A stretch of DNA of 64,000 bases from Octopus sinensis (lineage: Eukaryota). Both the position numbers and the translations under genes were made by a program. The stretch is from NCBI RefSeq assembly GCF_006345805.1, contig NC_043006.1:21328001-21392000 (forward strand), written 5' to 3'. Below, in pieces: positions 25,451 to 38,762 of this stretch. Every line of letters starts with the position of its first letter. Within the stretch, counting starts at the first letter, position 1. A model generated the notes under the pieces. The model searched no databases and was not told the DNA's origin. It saw nothing but the letters and a program-made list of their open reading frames with translations.

Positions 25451-25651
25451 AATATATTTCATAAGATAATATGCATAAAAGAAAATAGAGAGGGCGCTAC
25501 GCGTTTCCTTTCTTGGCAAATTGGCATACAGATTGCTTTTTAAGTTTAAACACTTGAAGTAGGACAAGAACTCATTATCTAGGGACTCGTATTTTGTTGT
25601 TTCCTCTCACTGCTCTGTCTTTCTATAAATACAATGCATATTGTATTCAAC

Positions 25652-25711
<60 letters not shown>

Positions 25712-25725
25712 ATGTAGTAGTAGTA
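25652..25725. repeat. (GTA)n microsatellite
   Basis: Seen directly; (GGT)n/(AGT)n also occurs at 26148-26219. Confidence 0.95.
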
Positions 25726-25770
25726 GGTACTGCTGGTGGTGGTTGCTGCTGTTACTGGTGTTGCTGTTGC

Positions 25771-26137
25771 CTTTGAGCGTAGCGGTCTTCGTCCAGTGGG
25801 AGAAGTCCGAAAAGTGATCCTTTGCTATTCGTAAGACCCGCATAAGAGAAAGCAGGTCAAGCCCCGACACCGAGAGCATCGGCGGATGGATCAATGCGAA
25901 TCCAGGCTCAGCGGTTTCATAGGGAGTCGGGGACAAGAAACAGGAAGAGTGAGAGAAAGTCGGAGCGAAAGAGTACAACAGGGGTCGCCACCCCCACCCC
26001 CCTGCCGGAACCTCGTGGAGCTTTAGGTGTTTTCGCTCAATAAACACACACAACGCCCGGTCTGGGAATCGAAACCACGATCCTCCGACCGCGAGGCCGC
26101 TGCCCTAACCATTGGGCCATTGGGCCATTGCGCCTCC
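25771..26137 (-). mobile_element. SINE family A with tail type 3
   Basis: Same tRNA-like head and body as the other A copies, but a different 3' tail (...gaagaccgctacgctcaaagg). Confidence 0.8.
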
Positions 26138-26174
26138 GCTGCTGTTGGTGTTGGTGGTGGTGGTAGTGGTGGTG

Positions 26175-26219
<45 letters not shown>

Positions 26220-27542
26220 AGTTGATAGTGTATGCAGCCCTTCAAGATGTGGCGTGATGGTTTTCCATATAAGTGTATGGTAGCACTGAAGTGTCCAATC
26301 TCCAATGTCATTTGTTTTTTATCACGACTTGTAAAGACGACAGCAGCCTCTTTTACGTCGCTAATATTGTGGACATATCATGATTTCTTGTCATTGTCTA
26401 CACAGACTTAACATTTTCCCATACATTCATCTGAAAGGGAAAGAAATCATGTACCTCGAGCGGGAAGATGTCTCTTGTAAAAATATTAGAATAATTTGTA
26501 TAGCGTTTCTTTCACAACATCAACAAAATACGCTAGACTATTGTAAGAATGATTGGAGAGACTTACAATAATTGGTGGACGCCTGCTGCGTAATAAACCA
26601 ATGCCAAAGTGGGCGCTAATACGTTTAATGTGGTGAAGTACAGAATTTTGGTTCATAAAATTTATTCTTTTAAATTTAATACAGGGCCAGAATTTTCGGG
26701 AGATGAGCTAAATAGATTAAAATCGACCCCAGTGCTCAACTGCTACTTATTTCCTTGACCCTGAAAGTGGGAAAGGCAAAGTCGACCTCGGTGGAATTTG
26801 AACCTAGAACGTAAAATGGAGGAAAATATTAACATGATCGTTAATTTTGTTCAGGAAAGGCAAAGGGGATAACTCCGGTTGTAAAATTGTCTAAAATTAA
26901 TTGTAATAGAATTGTAAAAGTGGACAATATGTTTGGTCACTGGCAGTGCGGTGCCAACACCAGACATTGACTGGAGGAAAAAGAAAGAGAAAGACTTAAC
27001 CTACTGGCAGTCGTTGCCTTTGCTTTGTTGAATACTCAGAAGAGTAATTCTTTCTTAATTAAAATGTTAAACAAAGTATAATAAAAAGTTTGCCAAATAA
27101 ATTGCTCAACTGTCAGAGGTAGATTTATCAGAGTTGATAGAATCCTTCACGGAATCTGCTCCAATTCTTTGCATAGTAAGTTCAAATCCCGCCGTGGTCA
27201 GCGTTGTCTTTCGTCCTTTCAGGACTGATGGAAAAGAGGGTGCAATCCAGCGCGGTCGATAAAAATAATTGTAAGAACTTGGAGTGGGTGCTTTATTATA
27301 TTTATTCCAGATCTTTGCGTTCTGAGTTCAGATCTTAACCGATCCTACTTGGATGGTAGGCTTACCTCGTCGCTTCGTTTCACATGTCGCACCATTGGCT
27401 CCCTTTGTGGATTCCACTCTGTTGCAAGCGTTTAGACAAGGCTTTGGTCTGAATAATTTTCTCTCACACTCCCACGAGTCACAGAGGATCTGTAACGTAT
27501 CAGAGACATTGACTAAAGATAATGTGTGAGTATGTTTTTTTT

Positions 27543-27597
<55 letters not shown>

Positions 27598-27628
27598 CAT
27601 AGATAGATACATAGATATACAGATATAC

Positions 27629-27675
<47 letters not shown>

Positions 27676-27742
27676 CAGATAGAAAACATACATACATACA
27701 TACATACATACATACATACATACATACATACATACATACATA
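27543..27742. repeat. (GATA)n-(CATA)n compound microsatellite
   Basis: Seen directly in the sequence. Confidence 0.95.
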
Positions 27743-27959
27743 GGCGCAGGTATGGCTGTGTGGTAAAAAGCTTGCTTCTTAATCACATGGTTCCGGGTTC
27801 AGTCTCACCGCGTGACACCTTGAGCCAACCAAAGCCTTGTGAATGGTTTTGGTAGGCAGAAAGTGGAAGAAGTCCGTCGTATGTATATATATACATGTTT
27901 ATGTGTGTTGTTGCGTCTGTGTTTATCTGCGCATCACCGCTTGACAACTGGTGATGGTG

Positions 27960-28027
<68 letters not shown>

Positions 28028-28143
28028 TACGTTCCCGTAGGATAAGTACTAGGCTTAAAAAATAAGTCCTGGGGTAGATTGGTTCGACTAAAACCCTTCA
28101 AAGCGGTGCCCCAGCATGGCCGCAGTCAAATGACTGAAACAAA
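27743..28143 (+). mobile_element. SINE family D containing an (ATT)n expansion at 27962-28027
   Basis: Head and tail match the intact copies. Confidence 0.8.
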
Positions 28144-28636
28144 ATTATTTGAGTAACTGTTACCATAATTTACTTTAAGGTATGGAGGAATTAAGTTTAG
28201 CTTTAACCTCCGCATTCTTATAAACACCATGTAGCTATTTAACTCGCTTTGTGATTGTGTGTGCACCAAACCACGCGCGTGCAAACGCTTACATTTTCGT
28301 GGATGCTTGTATGAGCGAGTTTACACCTGACATGAAACTTGCGTGAGGGCGTTTATATATCTGTATCTGTTAACGGTTATTTCTAATACTTCTTTCTGTA
28401 TACTGCATGTTCGTTTCTTTTTTGCATCTGTGATTTTGTCTTTGCTGCTTTTCTTTCTACGAAATGGAGCATACATTGTGGAACTGTTATTTCAATGAGT
28501 TGTATCGATTTATCACTCAGAAAGACACATCTGCTCCACTGGATTCTCCTGAACCAATTGATAAGTGTCGAAGGATCGATGCTAGATATGTCGAAACAAT
28601 TGTTGGGATTAATAATTTTCATATATTCCATCTTCT

Positions 28637-28927
28637 GCAATGGCCCAGTGGTTAGGGCAGCAGACTCGCGGTCGTAGGGTCACGGTTTCGATTCCTAGAC
28701 CGGGCGTTGTGAGTATTTATTGAGCGAAAACACCTAAAAACTCCACGAGGCTCCGGTAGGGGGTGGTGATCCCTGCTGTACTCTTTCACCACTCTTTCTC
28801 TCACTCTTTCTTCTGTTGGCCTACTCGCTTAGCCAGCAGGGTGGCGTCATTCGAAGGCTAAAACAATGCGAACGCATTGTGACCAGCGATGTGTAACAAC
28901 ATCTGATGGTCTGGTCGGTCACGTGAT

Positions 28928-28934
<7 letters not shown>
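28637..28934 (+). mobile_element. SINE family A, tail type 1
   Basis: Boxes A and B; tail ends ggtcacgtgatcacgtga. Confidence 0.85.
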
Positions 28935-28970
<36 letters not shown>

Positions 28971-28994
28971 GTATATATAATATATATATATACT

Positions 28995-29195
28995 CTTTAC
29001 TTGTTTCAGTCATTTGACTGTGGCCATACTGGACACTACCTACAGTCGAGCAAATCGACCCCAGGGCTTATTCTTTGTAAGCCTAGTACTTATTCTTTCG
29101 GTCTCTTTTGCCGAAACGCTAAGTTACGGGGGCGTAAACGCACCAGCATCGGTTGTCAAGCGATGTTGAGAGGACAAACACAGACACACATTCAT
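28995..29195 (-). mobile_element. SINE family D 3' half
   Basis: Matches the tail of the 34411-34818 copy. Confidence 0.75.
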
Positions 29196-30360
29196 ACACA
29201 CACAAACGCGCGTGTATGAGTGTGTATATGCGTGTATGTGCTTGTATGTATGTACGTATTTCTATGTGTGTGCGTGCGCATGTATGTATAGGTATGTGTG
29301 TATATATGTGGGCGTATGACCATGTGAGTGTGTGTGTGTATATGTGTGGGTTGATGAATGGATGTATATGTGTGTACATACAGATATGTATATATGTATG
29401 TTTGAGGTGTGTGTATGTGGGTATATGGATGTATATTTAAGTTGCATGTGTATATATATGTGTGTGTGTGTATATATATAGGTGTGTGTATGTATATATA
29501 TAGGTGTGTGTACGCATATGTGTGTGTGTTTTGTGTGTATGTATGTGTGCTGTTAAATGTATGTATATATGTGTACATACAGATATGTATTTTTGTCTAT
29601 TTAAGAAGTATCTTTGTATGTATGCAGATATGTATATATGTCTATTTAAGTAGTGTGTATGTATGTATGTATGTGGAGGCTCAATGGCCCAGTGGTTAGG
29701 GCAGCGGACTCGCGGTCATAGGATCGCGGTTTCGATTCCCAAACCGGGCGTTGTGAGTGTTTATTGAGCGAAAACACCTAAAGCTCCACGAGGCTCCGGC
29801 AGGGGATGGTGGTGATCCCTGCTGTACTCTTTCACCACAACTTTCTCTCACTCTTACTTCCTGTTTCTGTTGTACCTGTATTTCAAAGGGCCGGCCTTGT
29901 CACTCTCTGTGTCACGTTGAATATCCCCGAGAACTACGTTAAGGGTACACGTGTATGTGGAGTGCTCAGCCACTTACACGTTAATTTCACGAGCAGGCTG
30001 TTCCGTTGATTCGTATCAACCGGAACCCTCGTCGTCGTAACCGACGGAGTGCTTCCATGTATGTATATGAATGTATATATATGTGTGTGTATATATGTGT
30101 GAGTGTGTGTGTATATTTATATATACGTGTGTATGTATATATGTGTGCGTGTGTATGTGTGTACGTATGTATTTATATATGTATGATGGATGTATATATA
30201 TATGTGTATATGTGTGTATGTATATATATGTGTACGTGTGTGTATGTATATTTATGTGTGGCTATTTATATGACTGTATATGTATGCAGGTGTGCATGTG
30301 TATATTTATGTACGTATACGAGTGTATATATGCATATGCATATGTATATATATATTTGTG
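29195..30360. repeat. (TG)/(TA)/(TATG) low-complexity tract interrupted by a SINE
   Basis: Seen directly in the sequence. Confidence 0.9.
29675..30056 (+). mobile_element. SINE family A, tail type 2
   Basis: Tail tatttcaaagggccggccttgtcactc...gtcgtcgtaaccgacggag is shared with SINE C at 44353-44669. Confidence 0.85.
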
Positions 30361-30914
30361 TACTTCAGCCTATATTCGATTAGGGCATGTGTTGTATTTA
30401 TAAGGGTTTATAAGTAACGATTGGACTAAATATTTGTTGGTTTAGTTAACTACTTATTTGGTCCATCTCGATATTAATGGTTTTGATTTAAGTACGGGGA
30501 TATACTTGCATAACCTAAGATTGATAAATTACCTATTATATATAAGGGTATATCGATATGATAATGGATAACCTATGATAAATAATAAATAACTATTATA
30601 TATATATATCAGTAAATAGATATATGAATGAATAGATAGATATTAATCCCGAATTAAAATATGAATAGTTGGTTAATTAAGTAACAATAAAATTGTATTT
30701 TGTTTTCTACACTATTCACACTAATTAACATTGATAAACATCGTAAATATATCTATGATATTTATGGTCTTAGACATAAACAAGAAGAAAATATATGGTC
30801 AGATACAGTAAATTTTGTTTTTATTACGGTTATTAGCTTAACATTTGCAAGTATAGCTAATAAACGAACTTAATTGGAAAAATGTAATAATATAATAAAA
30901 AAATAATAATGAAA

Positions 30915-31180
30915 TTATTGTACACAGTGCTCAGGTGCAGCACAACTTGTCAGAAAGTGCGTATAGAGTATATGCAGTAATGTACAAATGTCTGGAAAGC
31001 GAACAATGCATGAGTCAGATACATGCTTGTGTGCGTATGGAGGGAAGAAAATCAGGTGTAGTGTTGGCGAATCTCAGAAAGCATGGAAGTTTTGAAGGAT
31101 GCAGTGCTCCGACAACTAACAACTGATGCCGGCAGTTTGTTCCATGCTTCAGCAACTCTCAGCGTGAAAAAAAATAATGT
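30915..31180 (-). mobile_element. CR1-clade LINE 3' end
   Basis: The minus strand gives FFTLRVAEAWNKLPASVVSCRSTASFKTSM (cf. FFSxRVVxxWNxLPxxVVxAxSxxxFK). Confidence 0.75.
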
Positions 31181-31497
31181 AAAAGTGAATTTAAGGATTC
31201 ACATAATATTAACGTTTTATTTACACGGTGAATTTGATTTCTGTATCTTTCGAAAGTTTCTTCCAATTTTTTTCCCTAAGATTTTGTCAAATATGTAATT
31301 CAAACTTTCTGTATCTATCGAAAGTTTTTTCTAAAATCTTTCCCAACTTTTGCCAAATATGTAATTCTAACGTATAATACACTTTTAGGCCACTCAATAT
31401 ATATTAAGAAATCGCATAGTTTTTACTTTAAATGGATTGCTATATTATTATTTTATTGGTTATTGTTATGTATATATATATATATATATATGTGTGG

Positions 31498-31563
<66 letters not shown>

Positions 31564-32070
31564 ATATGTAATTATGTACATATACATATATGTGTGTATA
31601 TGTGTGTACGTATGTATGTATATATGTATGTATGTGTATGTTAATCAACCAACCGTAACTAAGACAAAGATATTAAAATGTGTTAACCAATTAGATTTAG
31701 CTTAGGATTGAAAATAATCTCTCCCCTATCCCCGTAAGATTTTAAGCCACTGAAATATTATATCAATAATAACGTAAGCATAGCTCGTAATGGCCTATCT
31801 CTTATATCTTGGTCTGTGAACTCTACGTATGTATATACATATATCTTTTTTATGATGAAAGGGAAAAAATCATTATATATATTAGTGTGTGTTTATGCGT
31901 ATGTATGTATATGCATATGCATGTGTTTGTTACCTGTGTATATATATATGTATGCAGAATAAGACTGAAGTTTCGATTTTGACTGTATGGTATATGAATA
32001 TACTGACATTGTTTGTTGAATTAATGTGCTTGCATCTTTCATAAACATCTGTCTATTATATTATATCATA

Positions 32071-32467
32071 CTAGCAGTATTACTCGGCGTTGCTCGGGTT
32101 TGTAAAGGAAATAACTATATAAGCATTTTTAGAGATGTAAAGTATAATAGCCATCTCAATATGGCTAACCACAAAGGGGAGTGTTACTGTAGCTTTTTAC
32201 GTTCTGAGATTTAATAATACATTTTAGAGAGTTACTTCCCTTATATAAACCGAGCGAAAATGCATTAACAATGCGGAAAAATTATGGTAATTTTTTTTTA
32301 AATCGTAGACTCATCGTAGACGCGCACTAATACCCAGAAGGGATCGATATGAATCACGACTATAAGATACCCGCTTTTGGTTAAACTGCACCGCAAAATG
32401 TGGGTGTAGTTAGGAATCTAAATCGTAGGAGACAGACACCACACAACCTCACTTTTATATATATAGA
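32071..32467 (-). mobile_element. Full-length non-autonomous Helitron, variant subfamily
   Basis: A|TC...CTAG|T on the minus strand. An internal segment at 32137-32197 replaces the consensus and recurs at 37838-37899. Confidence 0.9.
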
Positions 32468-32551
32468 TTATATTATAGTATACTATATATTATGTTGTAT
32501 TTTTCCTTTACTATGTATTGTGAATAGCAGAATACACATAGTCTAATTTTA

Positions 32552-32592
<41 letters not shown>

Positions 32593-32705
32593 TTGGAAAT
32601 GAACATTGTATATGTACCCATTGATGTGGATGTATATGTATATTGAAATATAAATAATTAATTATCTGTAACCTTATGTGTATGTATATTTTTATATATA
32701 TACTT

Positions 32706-32782
<77 letters not shown>

Positions 32783-32828
32783 ATTATATATATATATATA
32801 TATATAATAATATACTTATATATATAAC

Positions 32829-32859
<31 letters not shown>

Positions 32860-32877
32860 CAATATATATATATTATA

Positions 32878-33500
32878 ACAATGAGAGTCTTTGCAGCAGG
32901 TTGCTAGACCACATACCGAAAGTATTAGAAATAGCAGCCAGAAGACTGTTATTTCTTTTACTACAAAAATATGTCCCACAGACAACAGTATTTGTAGCTC
33001 ACTATAGCCAAAAAAAAACGAAGAAAAATAACGAAATCAAACAGTCTCCGGTCAATTATGGACGCATACGTTTCTGGATTAGAATCATAAGATTCATTTC
33101 CTTCATCAACATAATATTCCGATAAATAAATCTAGAAATGCTAGAAAATCTTACCCTCCATATTCCGGACAGGCGACATCCACATTTATATAGACAAGTG
33201 AATTCGTATCTCCCTCCAGAATTTCTCCCACGTGAGTCACAAATAATACTGCCGAATTTAAATTCGTAGTTCTGTCGTAGGGGAATAAAATAATCATTTA
33301 TTTATCGGAATATTATGTTGATGAAGGAAATGAATCTATGTCATTTTCATAGCATATTGAGCACGTGACCTGAGCTAACCAATAGAGACTTTTTGGAAGA
33401 TATCTTCAATTTATTTTAATCTCTCACTCTTCCTCGAATATCTGATGAGATGGACGTAAACTATCCACCGATGAAACTTTAATCCCTTCAGAGCTGATTT
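32878..33500. mobile_element. PLE-like terminal fragments with a 42-bp inverted repeat
   Basis: ccacataccgaa..ttagaaatagcag is shared with about 57490. The IR is 33090-33131 / 33296-33337, and a CTGATGA..GAAAC relic lies at 33442-33477. Confidence 0.5.
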
Positions 33501-33582
33501 AAATGTTATATCTATCAATCTATTTTTTATGTGTGAGTGTGTGAGTGTGTGGAGAGGTGTATATATAATATACTATATATAT

Positions 33583-33812
33583 ATTTCTTTATTGCCCACA
33601 AGGGTCTAAACACATAGGGGACAAACAAGGACAGACAAACGGATTAAGTCGATTATATCTACCCCAGTGCGTAACTGGTACTTAATTTATCGACCCCGAA
33701 AGGATGAAAGGCAAAGTCGCTCTCGGCGGAATTTGAACTCAGAACGTAACGGCAGACGAAATACTGCTAAGCATTTCGCCCAGCATGCTAACGTTTCTGC
33801 CAGCTCGCCGCC
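33583..33812 (-). mobile_element. SINE family B, full length
   Basis: Multicopy match. Confidence 0.85.
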
Positions 33813-34279
33813 TTATATAATATACTGTATATGATGTTTGATATATGCAGTAAACATGAACACCCATGACATGATTCTCTATCTTACTTTTATGTTTGCA
33901 TAAAATTATTTGAAAGATACATCAAATGTTTGTTTTGTAAATGTCCAGTGACATAATCGGTGGATAAGGTGTTAAAGAAATTAGTGTTTGTTTAAATAAC
34001 AAAAAATATTTCGAGAAATTCAGAAATAATAAGAAAATTATGTCCATATTTCATTGTATGCTTTTTAATTATCTTCAGCAACATTCGACATAATCAGCAT
34101 CAGCTATTTCAGGCATTTTCCTCATAATTAGACGCAGATTATCAGTTATGTTTGCTTAAATAAACAATTACACCCTGGATTGAAAATAAAAATTAAATTT
34201 TAACATTATTGATTGCTTTAAAAAGACTATCCTTTTGCAATTATATGAATTACTACATATTATTATATATACATATATA

Positions 34280-34318
<39 letters not shown>

Positions 34319-34410
34319 ATTCATATATATGTATGCATATGCATAAACACACACATGCATATACACATACATACACATATATATATGTATATATAATATA
34401 TATAATATAT

Positions 34411-34916
<506 letters not shown>

Positions 34917-34935
34917 TATCATAAATCATATATAT

Positions 34936-35962
34936 TGTTACGAAGGTGGGACCTCCGATTCGAACTGTTACGGAATCCCTCACACACAGGCCCGTTAGAT
35001 GCAGCGAATAAGCTACGGAAACTCGGAGAGGAGAGGAGAGACAGATACAACGACAACAACAGCGGCAGCAGCACAGAGAAATACAGAGGCAAGGCACAAC
35101 TGGCTTACATTTAACAACTAGTTTATATGACAATCAATTGTTACACATCAAATACATTTCAGATACATTTAAAGGAGGACATGCACGTGACAACTCAATA
35201 CATCATACGGGTATACCACAGATCAAAGCATTTAAAGGAAACAACAAATCAATACAGGTATACAACACATCAAGGTCAATACATCAGCATTTCAAAGGTA
35301 CACGTCCGAAGATAGTTCTGTTTCAAAACACATCAACAACGTTACAGTTCAAAGTCTTTAACGACTACATCAGAGTCCTTCTTTTTCTCTCTCTTTCTTC
35401 TTTCTCTTTTTTCCTTTTACAGTCTCTTTACATCGTAACACGTATCAATACATAATTAAATAACTTTAGTTCCTACTAGAATGGCCAGTGTCCCACATTG
35501 TAGTTCCTCTCTAACAGTCGCCCATTCCTCTGTATATACTCTCTCCGTACTGCTAACTCCAACCTGCCAAGCTCTTGCATCCCAACCGCCTGCTCCTAAA
35601 ATTCCAACTACTCGCTTTGACGACCGAATACCAACTGCCCCTCTATCACTATCCCTCAATCTGTCTCTACTGCTCATACCCTCTCTATCTGCTCTCAGCC
35701 CTAACTGCCTATCTCTATCGGCGCTGCTGCTGTCATTCTCTCATGGCAGCTCTCAGATCCCTTACTCTATCTTTCTCACTGCTACTAGATTCTTCCTCGG
35801 CCCTCACATCTCTCTGACCGCCAATCGACCGGCACAAGGCCAAAGGTCCCTCCAAAGGCCATTACTCTTCCAGTAAACAAAGGGCTGAGCTTTTTACTCC
35901 AGACCTGCAGGCGCCACTCCCACAAAGTGGGTCAAGAAATACTGCACTAGCCGAACCATAAC
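34936..35962. mobile_element. LTR-like sequence (TG...CA with inverted ends)
   Basis: tgttacga at 34936 versus tcgtaaca ending at 35440; a further ..cataaca near 35962. No clear TSD. Confidence 0.45.
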
Positions 35963-36014
35963 AATATATATGCATATGCATAAACACACACATGCATATA
36001 CACATACATACACA

Positions 36015-36055
<41 letters not shown>

Positions 36056-36057
<2 letters not shown>

Positions 36058-36462
36058 TCTTTTACTCTTTTACTTGTTTCAGTCATTTGACTGCAGCCAT
36101 GCTGGAGCACCGCCTTTAGTCGAGCAAATCGACCCCGGGACTTATTCTTTGTAAGCCCAGTACTTATTCTATCAGTCTCTTTTGCCGAACCGCTAAGTGA
36201 CGGGGACGTAAACACACCAGCATCGGTTGTCAAGCAATGCTAAGGGAACAAACACAGACACACAAACATACACACATAATACATATATATACATATATAC
36301 GACAGGCTTCTTTCCGTTTCCGTCTACCAAATCCACTCACAAGGCATTGTTCGGCCCGGGGCTATAGCAGATGACACTTGCCCAAGATGCCACGCAGTGG
36401 GACTGAACCCGGAACCATGTGGTTGGTAAGCAAGCTACTTACCACACAGCCATTCCTGCGCC
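36056..36462 (-). mobile_element. SINE family D, duplicate of the 34411 copy
   Basis: Shares private variants (aaggcattgttcgg, gacaggcttc) and the flanking microsatellite with 34325-34870. Confidence 0.85.
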
Positions 36463-36569
36463 TATATAATATATATTATATATATATATATATATTAATA
36501 AATGAAATAAAACATATGCATATATATAAACATGTATGTACGTACCTACCTCTACATGTACATATACAC

Positions 36570-37110
36570 GCATATATGAGTACAGGACACCAAAGGGACG
36601 TCGAACACAAAGAGAAACGAAAACATAGACACAAACCAAAGGAACTGGACATTTTTTTAAAAACAACAAAAAAATGGAGTACAGGACAATTAACACAAAG
36701 TCGCTATGGTTTCATCTACTCTACGCTTCGAAGGATAAAAGCGAGACGTATCTTCGACAAGAAACTTTCCTTCCTGCGAAAAGCAAATCAATTAAAATTC
36801 TGAGATCTTTTCGCAGAGGGGTAAAAAATGGTAAAAAAATGGTAAAAACACAGGACAGTAACGACAGTACAAAAATATAAACAGTAAAAGACAGGACAGG
36901 GAAAAACAAGATAAGTAGGGCTGTTGACGCCGAACGAAAAAAAGTATTGCAAACAAAGAATTTTTTGTGAACGACAGGGAAGCAGGAAGAATGTCGTCCG
37001 TTGCCTTGAAAGGCCAGGCCATAAAGACAGTCAGAGCGGAAGTATCGTCGCGGGTGAACGACGGGAAGGGGGGAGGAGGAGCAAGAGGAAGATATATATA
37101 TGTATGTATA
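36570..37110 (-). mobile_element. Pyrimidine-rich PLE-terminus-like family
   Basis: Similar in composition and motifs to 50562-51190, 54410-54800 and 55215-55835. Confidence 0.45.
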
Positions 37111-37492
37111 CATATATTTATATGTATATAGATAGGTAGAGCTATATGCAGACAGGCAGTCAAACGGATAGAGAGGCAGACAGATAGCTAGCTAGCTAGC
37201 TAGATAGATAGATAGAAAGATGGATAGATATACATGTATGTATGTATATTTAAAATAATCCTTAATGATGAAACCGAATTTGGTTCTGGGCATATTAAAT
37301 ATCATGAACCGATATTAAATATCGATATTGGTTTCCGATGCGTGTTTAGTTACATATCTTTACATTTCGAAATTACGTTAGTTATGGTCTGTTCTTGCCT
37401 TGAAGTCTCAAGGATCGTGATCCTACGACTAGCCGTCGTACGATCACGATTTCAATTCTCAGACCGGGCGTTGTGAGTGTTTGTTGGGTGAA

Positions 37493-37785
37493 GGTGGAGA
37501 CGCAATGGCCCAGTGGTTAGGGCAGCGGACTCGCGGTCATAGGATCGCGGTTTCGATTCCCAGACCGGGCGTTGTGTGTGTTTATTGAGCGAAAACACCT
37601 AAAGCTCCACAAGGCTCCGGCAGGAGGTGGTGGCGATCCCTGCTGTACTATTTCGCCACAGCCTGCTCTCACTCTTTCTTCTGTTGGCCTGCTCGCCTAG
37701 CCAGCGGGGTGGCGTCATTTGAAGGCTAAAACAATGTGAAGCGCATTGTGACCAGCGATGTGTAGCAACAACTGATAGCCTGGTC
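37493..37785 (+). mobile_element. SINE family A, tail type 1
   Basis: Boxes A and B; preceded by a partial head fragment at 37414-37490. Confidence 0.85.
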
Positions 37786-37798
37786 TTAAAGAAAAGAA

Positions 37799-37834
<36 letters not shown>

Positions 37835-37835
<1 letters not shown>

Positions 37836-38126
37836 ACGTAAAGTATACTAGCCATCTCAATATGGCTAACCACTGAGGGTGGGTGTTACTGTAGCTTTTA
37901 ACCCCAGGAGATCATCGTCTCCAGCTGGCTTTAGGCACACTTTCTGTGCACTTATGGTATTTGCAAAGGGAGGTCATCCCTCTCTCGTCAACCTAAGTGA
38001 TACACACGGACTGCAGTTTCTAGGTATTTGCCTGTCTTCGGCGTACGGCAATCACCGGTTTTCGATGAAGGGAGACCTGTTTGCAAATACTTATTGTTTT
38101 TCCAGTAACTTCCGTTTTTCCAGTAA

Positions 38127-38135
<9 letters not shown>
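37835..38135 (-). mobile_element. Helitron-related fragment
   Basis: Shares about 60 bp with the Helitron at 32071; the minus-strand start TATATAAAAGTT resembles a Helitron 5' end. Confidence 0.45.
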
Positions 38136-38163
<28 letters not shown>

Positions 38164-38327
38164 TTTATTTAAATTGTCCGACGAACGGGAACGTGAAACT
38201 CCGAGTAACAGGTTTTGTTGAATTTCTGCTACTTTTAAATAAACATATTACTCTATCCCTGGTATTTGAGTACTCTTTTTTTCCACCTTGTTTCACATTT
38301 ATGTGTTTACTCCGGTATATATATATA

Positions 38328-38374
<47 letters not shown>

Positions 38375-38429
38375 TAGAGAGAGAGGAGAGAGAGAGAAGA
38401 GAGAGAGATACATACATACATAATTTCTT

Positions 38430-38640
38430 TTCCTCTTTTACATGCTTCAGTCATTTGACTGCGGCCATGCGGGAGCCCCGCCTTAAAGGGTCTTGGTCGA
38501 AGAAATCGACTGCACAAATTATTCTTTGTAAGCCTAGTATTCATTTTATCGGACTATTTTGCCAAACCGCTAGGTTACGGGGACATAAACACATCAACAT
38601 TGGTTGTCAAGCGATGGTGGGTGGGGGACAAACACAGACG
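38430..38640 (-). mobile_element. SINE family D 3' half
   Basis: Multicopy match. Confidence 0.75.
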
Positions 38641-38690
38641 CGCACACAACACACACATACGCATAGATATATATCTATATATATATATAT

Positions 38691-38757
<67 letters not shown>

Positions 38758-38762
<5 letters not shown>

